Of a stretch of 64,000 bases of DNA, positions 17,677 to 25,870 are shown piece after piece (the stretch's first letter is position 1; each line of letters begins with the position of its first letter). Source of the DNA: Eubacteriales bacterium (lineage in GTDB: Bacteria > Bacillota > Clostridia > Oscillospirales > CAG-272); assembly GCA_045128275.1 (NCBI GenBank), contig JBGVRH010000063.1, positions 1,739 to 65,738 on the forward strand, given 5' to 3'. The translations under genes were made by a program, and so were the position numbers. A model generated the notes under the pieces. That model had not been told where the DNA came from. It ran no database searches and saw only the letters and a program-made list of their open reading frames with translations.

Positions 17677-18597
17677 CTATAACGATTTTGGCAATCCAAT
17701 GCGGTATGCGGTGGGCGTGATGCCGTACAGCCGTTTGAAGGTCTTGGTAAAGAAGCTGTGAGAGGCGAATCCGCACCGTGCGGCGATCTCGGACAGGCTG
17801 AGGTCACTCCCCGAAAGCAGGGCGGTGGCCCGCTCCATGCGGCAGGAGATCTGGTACTCCTTAGGGGTCTTTCCCGTATAGCCCTTGAAGCGGCGGATAA
17901 AGCTGCTCTGCTCCATATAGAAACGGGCAGCCAGCTCGGAGACTCGCAGCTCCTCTGCACACCTCTCGGACAGAACGGCAGTTGCCTCTCGCACCCATGC
18001 GGGATATTGCTTGGGAGAGGGTTCCCCTCCGTAATACTCCTCCAAGGCCTCGGTGAGCAACCGCGTGATCAGCAGGTTGACCGTCAGCTCTCCCATGGGT
18101 GAAAGATTTCCCAGCTCTTTGGTAATACGGTCCAGAAGCTCGGTATAGTGCCCCGCTTCCCGTGGGCGGATCACGGTAAAGCCCCCCTGATTCCAAAGGC
18201 TTTCGAAATACTCGCAGTACTCCCCTGCGATATTGACAAAGCAGAACCGCCAGTCGTCGTTGAGGCTGCGGGTCAGGGCGGGCAGGGCACTGCTGACAAA
18301 GACCATATCCCCTCGCTCCACCCGCCTGGTCTCACCGCGGTAGGTGATCTCTCCCGCGCCGCTGACCGTCACGAAAAAGCAGTAGGCGTCAAAGCCCTCG
18401 CGGTAGTAGGAAAAGCCCCGTCCCTCGCGATACTTGCCTGTTGATCGGGCCACAAACGGCAGCTCTGACCCTTGCGCGATCTTACCGTGAAGAACGTTCA
18501 CCGGGGCCTCAATACTGTCCATGCTCAAGGCCTCTCGGGGCGCGGTTTTCTGCCCGTCGGCATCCGGGACAGACCGTTTGTTCTCTTTCTCATCCAT
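17677..18597 (-). CDS. AraC-family transcriptional regulator
   Basis: Cupin-like N-terminal part plus a C-terminal AraC HTH (SLSEIAARCGFASHSFFTKTFKRLYGITPTAYR). Start trimmed to MDEKENK (AAAAGGAG RBS). Confidence 0.85.
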   Translation of the reverse strand: MDEKENKRSVPDADGQKTAPREALSMDSIEAPVNVLHGKIAQGSELPFVARSTGKYREGRGFSYYREGFDAYCFFVTVSGAGEITYRGETRRVERGDMVFVSSALPALTRSLNDDWRFCFVNIAGEYCEYFESLWNQGGFTVIRPREAGHYTELLDRITKELGNLSPMGELTVNLLITRLLTEALEEYYGGEPSPKQYPAWVREATAVLSERCAEELRVSELAARFYMEQSSFIRRFKGYTGKTPKEYQISCRMERATALLSGSDLSLSEIAARCGFASHSFFTKTFKRLYGITPTAYRIGLPKSL

Positions 18598-18794
18598 AGG
18601 CGCACGCTCCTTTTGAGGAATTTGTCCGTAGTTGCGGACGGTCAGAAGGGAGATCACGACTTTATTGTAGCACAAAAATACTGTTCTGTCAACAGAATCG
18701 AGCCATTCGGGATGCAGCGTGAAGCTTTTGGTCTCCTGGGATTACGGGCACGAAACAAAAGGCCTTCGTATAGTTGACCCGATACGAAAGCTTT

Positions 18795-19120
18795 GGGTGA
18801 TGAAATCGTCATGCACGATGACCTCCGATCTTTGATCGGTAACTGAAATGTTTTTCCATAATCCTACGTGGAACGGTCCCGATGAAAATCGGGGCTGTTC
18901 TGTTTATACGGGGTGGAAAGAGAATTTCGATATCGAAAATGGATCGTGTGAAACGAGCCGTATGAAAGATTCTGAGGGCACAGAGAGGCACTTGGAAACG
19001 CCTATAAGCCTTACGGGAATAGGAAAAAAAGAAGAACCTAAGACAAACAACAGGCTATGCCATGTGTTCGTTTTAGGTTCTTATTGGCGGAGATGGGGGA
19101 ATGCCATTCATGTACACAAC
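18795..19120. repeat. junction module, copy A (others at ~32105-32294 and ~39800-40080)
   Basis: Shared blocks with copies B and F: GAAATCGTCATG, hairpin GGAAC.GTCCCGATGAAA.TCGGGGCTGTT, ACGAGCCGTA, hairpin AAGAACCTAAGACAAACA...TGTTCGTTTTAGGTTCTT, then TGGCGGAGATGG. Confidence 0.7.
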
Positions 19121-19139
19121 ACCCTGTACTCCTTAAAAT
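19024..19139 (-). ncRNA. candidate ~115-nt transcript ending in a tRNA-Ser acceptor-like 3' segment (or att scar)
   Basis: Minus strand has TTGACA (19169-19174), 17 nt, TACAAT (19146-19151). Then ...GGAGTACAGGGTGTTGTGTACATGAATGGCATTCCCCCATCTCCGCCA, the AAGAACCTAA hairpin and a U-run. Confidence 0.35.
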
Positions 19140-19205
19140 GGCTATATTGTATCACAGAAATCCTTCCCTGTCAACAGATTCTTCCCGCCGTCTCCCCGCG
19201 GGGAA

Positions 19206-19925
19206 TCACTCTTCCGCTTGCCTTTTCTTCCGCATCGCCGCCGCGATCACGTCGTTCACATTGTCTTGCTTGATGGTAGCAGGATACTTCTTGACCATTT
19301 CAGCAAGCGCTGCCCTCGCAGCCCGTTCATCCTCGCTGAGCTCCACGAACAGGGCAGAGAGATCCTCGCAGGCAAGGATCCTCTCCAAAAGCCCCCGCGC
19401 GTGATCCGCCACGTTGTCCCAGCTGCCGTACAATTTCCGTACAGCCACGTCGATCATTTCATAGGTCAACGGCTTGCCGGCCATCTGTTGCTCGTACACA
19501 ATACCCGCTATGTCCGACAGATCCTTCTTGTACTGTCTTCCGGATACCAGCTTCATGGCTACAAGATACTCTGATCTGACGGTACGGATCTGGAGGACAC
19601 CTGAAAAGGTTTTGTAATACTCGGAGTACTGTACGATCTTCGGGGTATACGAGGCTGTCTTTTTGAAATCATCATTGACCCAACCGTTGGGCAAGCCGAA
19701 CTTATCACCCACGGCGTTGATTGCCTCTTTCATGATCGCGGGGGAATCGTAGCTAGCGTCAATATCGTAGGAAGAGGCACGAAACCCGTAATTGATCAGC
19801 ACCGACGCGCCCCCAACCAGGATCATTTCCGCAGGTGCTCCGTGCCCTCTTTTCCGATACTCCTTGGCGAGTTCTTTCAGGTAACCTTCCAAATTTTCCT
19901 TCGTAAAAGGAATATCAATAGACAT
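19206..19925 (-). CDS. nucleotidyltransferase-fold protein (AbiEii/DUF6036-like), putative toxin
   Basis: ILVGGASVLINYGFRASSYDIDASY resembles the GG.A...R.T.D.D NTase motif of AbiEii-type proteins. The ATG at 19925 (GTGAGG RBS) overlaps the stop of the upstream HTH gene by 11 nt. Confidence 0.65.
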   Translation of the reverse strand: MSIDIPFTKENLEGYLKELAKEYRKRGHGAPAEMILVGGASVLINYGFRASSYDIDASYDSPAIMKEAINAVGDKFGLPNGWVNDDFKKTASYTPKIVQYSEYYKTFSGVLQIRTVRSEYLVAMKLVSGRQYKKDLSDIAGIVYEQQMAGKPLTYEMIDVAVRKLYGSWDNVADHARGLLERILACEDLSALFVELSEDERAARAALAEMVKKYPATIKQDNVNDVIAAAMRKKRQAEE

Positions 19926-20481
19926 TTCGGACCTCACTTTCTACAATGTTGAATCGCAAAAATTCGGGGATCGCTTCCCTCTTGCATTTTTCCTTCGCGT
20001 CCGTATCCCCGTCCAATTTTGCCAGAAGCAGAACGTCTCTTGGATACAGCGGCTCCTTCAACGAATGGGTGCGGATCTCATCATATCTGGTGCAAAGCGG
20101 AATGCCGTGGATCCTGCTCAGATAGTCCACCATCGCCAGCAGATAGAAGGCTTCGGGATACCATCTCTTGCTCCAGTATTTGCTGATTTCATCCTTTTGC
20201 AAGGTCTCAACAATGAAATCCAGTTCATCCCGATCCTTCACAAGATGGCACACGTTACTTTTGAAAATCTCAAAATCCGGCCGCGGCTCCATAGAGTCCG
20301 TCAGAAGCTCCTCCATGGAAACGTTCAGGATCTTTGACAGCTTATATACTGTTTCCGCCGAGCATTTCTCCAGCCTTGTTTTGCCACGCACCACCTCAGA
20401 CAATGTTGTGTACGGAATACCGCTGAGCTTCGCGCACTGGTACATGGATATGTTTCTCTCTTTCAGCATGGCGTCAAGCAT
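19915..20481 (-). CDS. XRE-family HTH protein, putative antitoxin/regulator
   Basis: MLKERNISMYQCAKLSGIPYTTLSEVVRGKTRLEKCSAETVYKLSKILNVSMEELL is an XRE HTH. It carries a ~120-aa C-terminal domain and is translationally coupled to the NTase gene. Confidence 0.7.
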   Translation of the reverse strand: MLDAMLKERNISMYQCAKLSGIPYTTLSEVVRGKTRLEKCSAETVYKLSKILNVSMEELLTDSMEPRPDFEIFKSNVCHLVKDRDELDFIVETLQKDEISKYWSKRWYPEAFYLLAMVDYLSRIHGIPLCTRYDEIRTHSLKEPLYPRDVLLLAKLDGDTDAKEKCKREAIPEFLRFNIVESEVRNVY

Positions 20482-20587
20482 GGAATTCGCCTCCTTTCCT
20501 TGATATTATTATAACGCTTTTCCGTTATATTGTCAATAGTATCGGCGGATTTTGAGAAAATTATTGTTATGTGGGAAAAAAGTATAG

Positions 20588-20692
20588 AAAAAAACCCGAA
20601 CCGAACAGTAATGTATTCGATTCAGGTCCTTTTTGTGGCGGAGATGGGGGGAAGGCCGATCATGTACACAACAGTTCCTTCTCCCCTTTGGT
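20588..20692 (-). ncRNA. diverged copy of the promoter / tRNA-Ser-like 3' motif / terminator module
   Basis: Minus strand has TTGACG (20722-20727), 17 nt, TATAGT (20699-20704). Then ...GGGGAGAAGGAACTGTTGTGTACATGATCGGCCTTCCCCCCATCTCCGCCA, hairpin CCTGAATCGAA...TTCGGTTCGGG and T7. Confidence 0.35.
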
Positions 20693-20920
20693 AACCATAC
20701 TATAGCAGAAAACACGGGTCGCGTCAATGATCCCCCATGCGTTACCTATACCTGTACGAAGGCGGTAGGCTTCATGTGATATTGAGAGCAAAGCTCCTTT
20801 AACAGGATACGGTCTTCATTCCAATTTTTTTCGGTTCTGTATTGCATTTCCCCGTTCCCTATGCTATAATAAAGGGAGAGATCAAGCTTCAAAAGTCAAA
20901 TTTCAACGAAGGAGTAGCGC

Positions 20921-23900
20921 ATGGATACCCAAAAGCTAAATCGTTGGGCAGAGCTGCTGCTGGACACGGGAAAACGGAATAATCTGGTCAATTTCAAGGA
21001 TACCAAAACCTCGTCCGTGGAGGTTCTTTTTCCCAATACCGCCACGCTGTTTTCCAAAGCAGAGAATTCGCCTGTGTTTGAGGTATATGATCCCAAGCTG
21101 GCTGATGATAAGGATGAGCTTGAGGAGACGGACGCGTCTTTGCCTGCCGTGTTGGAGAACGTGATCACCGACGGCGCGGAGCCCATCGCGGCTCCCGAGG
21201 AGGTTTCGGACACCGAGGATCCCGCCCGAGCCGCGTATCTCCGAGAGCACATCGCAAAGGTACGTAAGCAAAGCCAGATCCTACTCTATAATTCCGCCGC
21301 CAACCCCTTGATCGCTCTTAAGAGCATCCATAAAAGAGCCGCCTCGGCTATTGAGGAAACCGGTGTCAACGTCGCTTACATGGCCTTCGGCTTTATCCAT
21401 TGGAAGGAATCCGCCGATTCCCAGCCGATTTTCCGCGCGCCCATCCTCCTGGCGCCCGTTCTTTTTGAAAACGAGTCCGCTATTGAGCCCTATCAGATCC
21501 GTATGACCGAGGATGACGTCATTGTCAACCCCACCTTCAGCTTCAAGCTCCATGCCGAATACAACGTCACGCTCCCGCCCTTGGGCGAGGAATCCTTTGA
21601 GGAATACATCGCGAAGGTGTCCGATACCGTAACTAAGCTGGGTTGGTCGGTCTCGACCGAGTGCAAGATCGGTATTTTCTCCTTCTTGAAGATCAATATG
21701 TATCAGGATCTCAAGGAAAACGCCGAGACCATTCTGGGAAACGACAACGTCAGACGCCTGTTGGGAGAACCCGTGGAGGATAGAGAGGGCGATACCGAAA
21801 GCGGAACCGCGCCTGTGATCCACAACATACTCGTGGATCTTCACAACGTGGTAGACGCGGATTCCAGCCAATTGGAAGCCATCCGCATGGCCAAGGAAGG
21901 CAAAAGCTTTGTCCTGCAGGGTCCTCCCGGCACCGGTAAGAGCCAGACGATCACCAACATACTCGCCGAGTGTCTCAGCGACGGCAAGAAGGTCCTGTTC
22001 GTCTCCGAAAAGCTGGCGGCTTTGAACGTCGTGTACGAAAAACTCAAGCAGGCGGGACTGGAGGAGTTCTGTCTGGAGCTGCACAGCCACAAGGCCAATA
22101 AAAAGGACGTGATCGCCGATCTTTGCCAAACCATCCGAAAAGCGCCAACTCGGGTCAAGGAGGAAGCGGCGGCGGAGATCTCCGCTAAGATCAAAGCGCA
22201 AAAGCAGCTGGACACCTATGCTGCCGAGCTGCACAAGCCCCGCCCCGTGGTGGGTAAGTCGCTGTTCCAATTGATCAGCGCCCACGCCGCCCTCAATCGC
22301 GCCGAAGATATCGACTATATAATCCCCGAAGTGGATACCAAGGATGAGAACTATCTGAACGAGCTCTGCGCTCTGCTGGATCAGTATTCCTCCTTTATTT
22401 CCACCATCGGCTATGACTACCGAAGCCACGCATGGCTGGGCTTTTGCAAAAACGATCTTTCGCAAAGAGCCAGACTGACCCTGCAAAACGATCTTGAGAT
22501 CGCTGAAAAGACCTTGCGTGCGCTTTCGGCAGTCGTTCAGAGCTTGAAGGAAGCTTACGGTCTGCCTATCGACGACCTCCGGGCGCTGTACCGTTACCAT
22601 GAATTTCTTCAATTCTACAGTGAATCCGACGTCATCACTCCCTCGCTGCTCTCGGCTTCGGCGGTTCAGACCGTACAGGAGGCACTGTCCCGACTGATCC
22701 CCGCAGCGCGCGATATCGTCACTGCCCGCGAAGCCTTATCCGCGGAATACGATTCCGAGTTATACGCCCTCGACGGCGCGGATCTCCATAAGCAGCTGAC
22801 CCGCAGGTTTGACAGCATCTTTTCCCGCCTGTTCAATGGGGATTACCGCCGCATCATCCAGGACATCCGACTCTGCCGTAAGGACGGCAAAAAGGTATCC
22901 TATGCCGAAGCCGTCCGCGTCACCAGGTTGCTCGCCGACTATCGGAGCAGTCTGGAGGAGTTCGAGACCGTCGCGCCTGCCGTGGCCTCCCACCTCGGCC
23001 CCGCTTACGTTGGCGTTGACAGTCCTTGGGAGCGGATCTCCGCGGAGGTGACTCGGCTTTCCGAGCTACTCCCTCGTATAGGCGATCTCGGTTCCCTGCC
23101 GACGGTTCCCATCGCTCTGCACCGAGAGAATCAGGAGCGCGTTGCCGCCGCTGTCCAAAGCATATCCGAGATCCGCACCCGCGACGGAGCCATACTGGAG
23201 GCTGTCAGCGGTTGCTTCGATCCCCTCTTCTGGGATCTGTACGGGACCCCCTTTGAAGCCGCGATCCGCAAGTGCGCGGAGTGTCCCAATAAAATGGATA
23301 CTCTGGAGAACTGGTGCCGTTTCTACGATCTGCTGGTGCGCCTCCACGGTCTGAACGCGCTCACCTTTATCCACTACCTCATTGATCACGGTCTGGCCTC
23401 CCATCACGTCTCGGACATCTACCGCCGCGCGTATTACAGCCAGCAGATCGAATCCATCATCTACATGGAGCCGTCCCTCGCGGGATTCTCCCGCATCGCG
23501 CAGGACAAGGCTGTCAGAACCTTTGCCGAAAAGGACGAGCATCAATTCGGCATCAGCCGGGCCCGCATCAAGGCCGAGCTGTCGTCCATGCGTCCTCCTT
23601 TGGATATGATGGCCGCGGGCAGTGCTACCTCGATCCTGTTGCGCGAGGGAGAGAAAAAGCGAAAGCAAAAGAGCATCCGCACGCTGCTCTCCGAGATCGG
23701 CGATCTGATCCAGGTAATCAAGCCTTGCTTCCTTATGTCCCCGCTGAGTGTCAGTACGTTTCTCAGCGCGTCGGGTATCCGCTTTGACGTGATCGTTTTT
23801 GACGAGGCATCCCAGATCTTTCCCCAGGATGCCGTTGGCGCGATCTACCGCGGCAAACAGCTCATCGTAGTGGGTGACTCCCGTCAGATGCCCCCCAGCA

Positions 23901-25600
23901 ACTTCTTCAACACCACCGTGGAGGTGGAGGATACCGACGAGGAAAGCGGTGACGTTACCGACTTTGAATCCATTCTGGACATCTGCTCTACCACGTTCCC
24001 CCAGATCCGCCTGAAATGGCATTATCGCAGCCGCTATGAACAGCTCATTTCCTTCTCCAATAAGAATTTCTACGACAACGATCTCATCACCTTCCCCTCG
24101 GTCAAGGCCGACCGCCCCTGGATCGGCGTGGACTATCACTACGTGGACGGGACCTTCGATCACCGCTCCAAAGCCAACCACAAGGAAGCCGAGTATATCG
24201 TGGATCTGATCTACAAGAATATCGATATGTATCCCGAGAGAAGTCTGGGTGTCGTGGCATTCAGCGTTTCCCAGCAGGATCTGATCGACAAGCTGCTCTC
24301 CAAGCGCAGACAAGCCTGTCCCGAAAGGGAATACTTCTTCCGATCAGACCGCAAGGAGCCTTTCTTCATCAAGAATCTGGAGACTGTGCAGGGTGACGAG
24401 CGGGATACCGTTATTTTCAGCGTAGGCTACGCCAAGGACGCGCAGGGTAAGCTCCTGCACAATTTCGGTCCCTTGAACCGCGCGGGCGGCGAACGGCGGC
24501 TGAACGTGGCGGTGACCCGAGCCAAGATCAACGTGCAGTTGGTTTCGTCGTTGCACCATACCGACATTGATCTCAACCGCACCAAGGCTGACGGAGCCCG
24601 ACTGCTGAAAGAGTATCTGGATTATGCCGAAAACGGCCCCGACGCGCTGCTGCGCTCCATCACGCTTCCCGAAAACGACAGCTTCGACTCCTCCTTCGAG
24701 CAGGAGGTCTGCCAATTCCTGCGAGGCCACGGTTACACGGTAGATACACAGGTCGGCTGCTCGGGCTTCCGCATTGATCTGGGTCTGCGTCTGCCCGACA
24801 GCTCGGATTACGTGCTGGCCATCGAATGTGACGGTGCCTCCTATCACGCCTCGCATAACGCCCGCGACCGTGACCGCTTACGGCAGGAGATCCTGGAACG
24901 CATGGGATGGCGATTCTACCGCATTTGGTCCACGGATTGGTTCAAAAACAAGCGAACCGAACAGGAACGCCTCCTTACAGCCGTTGCCGATGCCATTCAC
25001 GCCCCGAAAAATTCTCCTCCTCCACCGTCTCACACCGTTGACCCAGAGCCGACCTTCGATCTCCCCGCCGAGGTCAAGCATTTTGAGTTTCCCGTCTATA
25101 AGGAGGTCAGCGTAACGGATATCTACTATAGCACGGGATGCTCTTATCTGGAGGCTGTCCTGAAGGTTCTCAAAACCGAGGCCCCCCTTTCCGAGGAATG
25201 GCTGCTCAAGCGTTCGGTGGAGATATTCGACCGTGAAAAGGTCACCAGCGTCGTCATTACGGAGTATCGGGAGGCCATGACGGGTCACCAGCGACAGGGC
25301 ATCGCGATCCGAGACGGATTTCTCTATCTCCAAGGGCAAACCAACTATCAGCTTCGTGTACCCGCTCCCAACAGACCTCCGCGAGAGATCCGGCACATTG
25401 CCCTTGAGGAGCTGGCCGCAGGTATGTACGAGATCATCCGTCAGAACATCTCGCTGGACAAGACGAGTCTCTTCCACTTGCTTGCCGGCAAGCTCAGCTT
25501 TACCCGCGCGGGCAACGCAATCCAGGAACGGTTGGAGCGGGCGCTGTCCCAATTGCGTAGCGTGGTAGATATTTCGGGCGATACGATCTCGCTGAAATAG
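20921..25600 (+). CDS. 1559-aa SF1 (Upf1/DNA2-like) helicase fused to a Vsr/DUF559-type endonuclease fold and a DUF3320-like C-terminus (DUF4011-type N-terminus)
   Basis: Walker A GPPGTGKSQTITNIL, VVGDSRQMPPSNFF, ETVQGDERDTVIFSVGY and RRLNVAVTRAK helicase motifs. LAIECDGASYHASHNARDRDRLRQEILERMGWRFYRIWSTDWF is the DUF559/Vsr-like module. GAAGGAG RBS. Confidence 0.85.
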   Translation: MDTQKLNRWAELLLDTGKRNNLVNFKDTKTSSVEVLFPNTATLFSKAENSPVFEVYDPKLADDKDELEETDASLPAVLENVITDGAEPIAAPEEVSDTEDPARAAYLREHIAKVRKQSQILLYNSAANPLIALKSIHKRAASAIEETGVNVAYMAFGFIHWKESADSQPIFRAPILLAPVLFENESAIEPYQIRMTEDDVIVNPTFSFKLHAEYNVTLPPLGEESFEEYIAKVSDTVTKLGWSVSTECKIGIFSFLKINMYQDLKENAETILGNDNVRRLLGEPVEDREGDTESGTAPVIHNILVDLHNVVDADSSQLEAIRMAKEGKSFVLQGPPGTGKSQTITNILAECLSDGKKVLFVSEKLAALNVVYEKLKQAGLEEFCLELHSHKANKKDVIADLCQTIRKAPTRVKEEAAAEISAKIKAQKQLDTYAAELHKPRPVVGKSLFQLISAHAALNRAEDIDYIIPEVDTKDENYLNELCALLDQYSSFISTIGYDYRSHAWLGFCKNDLSQRARLTLQNDLEIAEKTLRALSAVVQSLKEAYGLPIDDLRALYRYHEFLQFYSESDVITPSLLSASAVQTVQEALSRLIPAARDIVTAREALSAEYDSELYALDGADLHKQLTRRFDSIFSRLFNGDYRRIIQDIRLCRKDGKKVSYAEAVRVTRLLADYRSSLEEFETVAPAVASHLGPAYVGVDSPWERISAEVTRLSELLPRIGDLGSLPTVPIALHRENQERVAAAVQSISEIRTRDGAILEAVSGCFDPLFWDLYGTPFEAAIRKCAECPNKMDTLENWCRFYDLLVRLHGLNALTFIHYLIDHGLASHHVSDIYRRAYYSQQIESIIYMEPSLAGFSRIAQDKAVRTFAEKDEHQFGISRARIKAELSSMRPPLDMMAAGSATSILLREGEKKRKQKSIRTLLSEIGDLIQVIKPCFLMSPLSVSTFLSASGIRFDVIVFDEASQIFPQDAVGAIYRGKQLIVVGDSRQMPPSNFFNTTVEVEDTDEESGDVTDFESILDICSTTFPQIRLKWHYRSRYEQLISFSNKNFYDNDLITFPSVKADRPWIGVDYHYVDGTFDHRSKANHKEAEYIVDLIYKNIDMYPERSLGVVAFSVSQQDLIDKLLSKRRQACPEREYFFRSDRKEPFFIKNLETVQGDERDTVIFSVGYAKDAQGKLLHNFGPLNRAGGERRLNVAVTRAKINVQLVSSLHHTDIDLNRTKADGARLLKEYLDYAENGPDALLRSITLPENDSFDSSFEQEVCQFLRGHGYTVDTQVGCSGFRIDLGLRLPDSSDYVLAIECDGASYHASHNARDRDRLRQEILERMGWRFYRIWSTDWFKNKRTEQERLLTAVADAIHAPKNSPPPPSHTVDPEPTFDLPAEVKHFEFPVYKEVSVTDIYYSTGCSYLEAVLKVLKTEAPLSEEWLLKRSVEIFDREKVTSVVITEYREAMTGHQRQGIAIRDGFLYLQGQTNYQLRVPAPNRPPREIRHIALEELAAGMYEIIRQNISLDKTSLFHLLAGKLSFTRAGNAIQERLERALSQLRSVVDISGDTISLK

Positions 25601-25705
25601 CTTTGCGGCTGTTTCGCGAGACGCGGGATCGAGGCACATATCTACATCGTATATACATAGGGTAATTACATATAGGAAAAAGCACCGCGCGCGGTGCTTT
25701 TCTGT

Positions 25706-25738
25706 TAGCGGAGATGGAGATAACGGTCATGTACACAG
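25706..25738. repeat. degenerate copy of the GCGGAGATGG...CATGTACACA core (site D)
   Basis: TAGCGGAGATGGAGATAACGGTCATGTACACAG preceded by hairpin GCACCGCGCGCGGTGC plus T-run. Confidence 0.5.
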
Positions 25739-25870
25739 CCAAAACTCTTTCGCGGTATAACCTACGGCATCATAAAACCGCGGCCATCCCCCATCCCACG
25801 GACAGGAGGACAGCCACGGTCTCATACCCAAACGGCCGATCATTCTCGGTCATTCACATAGAGCGGTCCA

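Noticed and set aside
18860-18990. Group II intron domain V/VI remnant suggested by the hairpin CCCGATGAAA(A/G)TCGGGG and nearby GAGCCGTA (also at 39860-39950).
   Set aside because: The stem lacks the catalytic AGC triad and 34-nt D5 geometry. GAGCCGTA is not part of a matching helix. No reverse-transcriptase ORF or intron boundary motifs are nearby. It is treated as part of the repeated junction module instead.
19085-19125. Micro-ORFs in the pseudo-tRNA modules (MNGIPPSPPIRT at sites A/B, MIGLPPISATKRT at site C) as possible secreted or quorum peptides.
   Set aside because: The AAGGAG-like motif is ~17 nt from the ATG in A/B. The peptides are not conserved in D/E, where the frame runs on. 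The conservation pattern fits nucleotide-level (tRNA-like/att) constraint better. It remains a remote possibility only.
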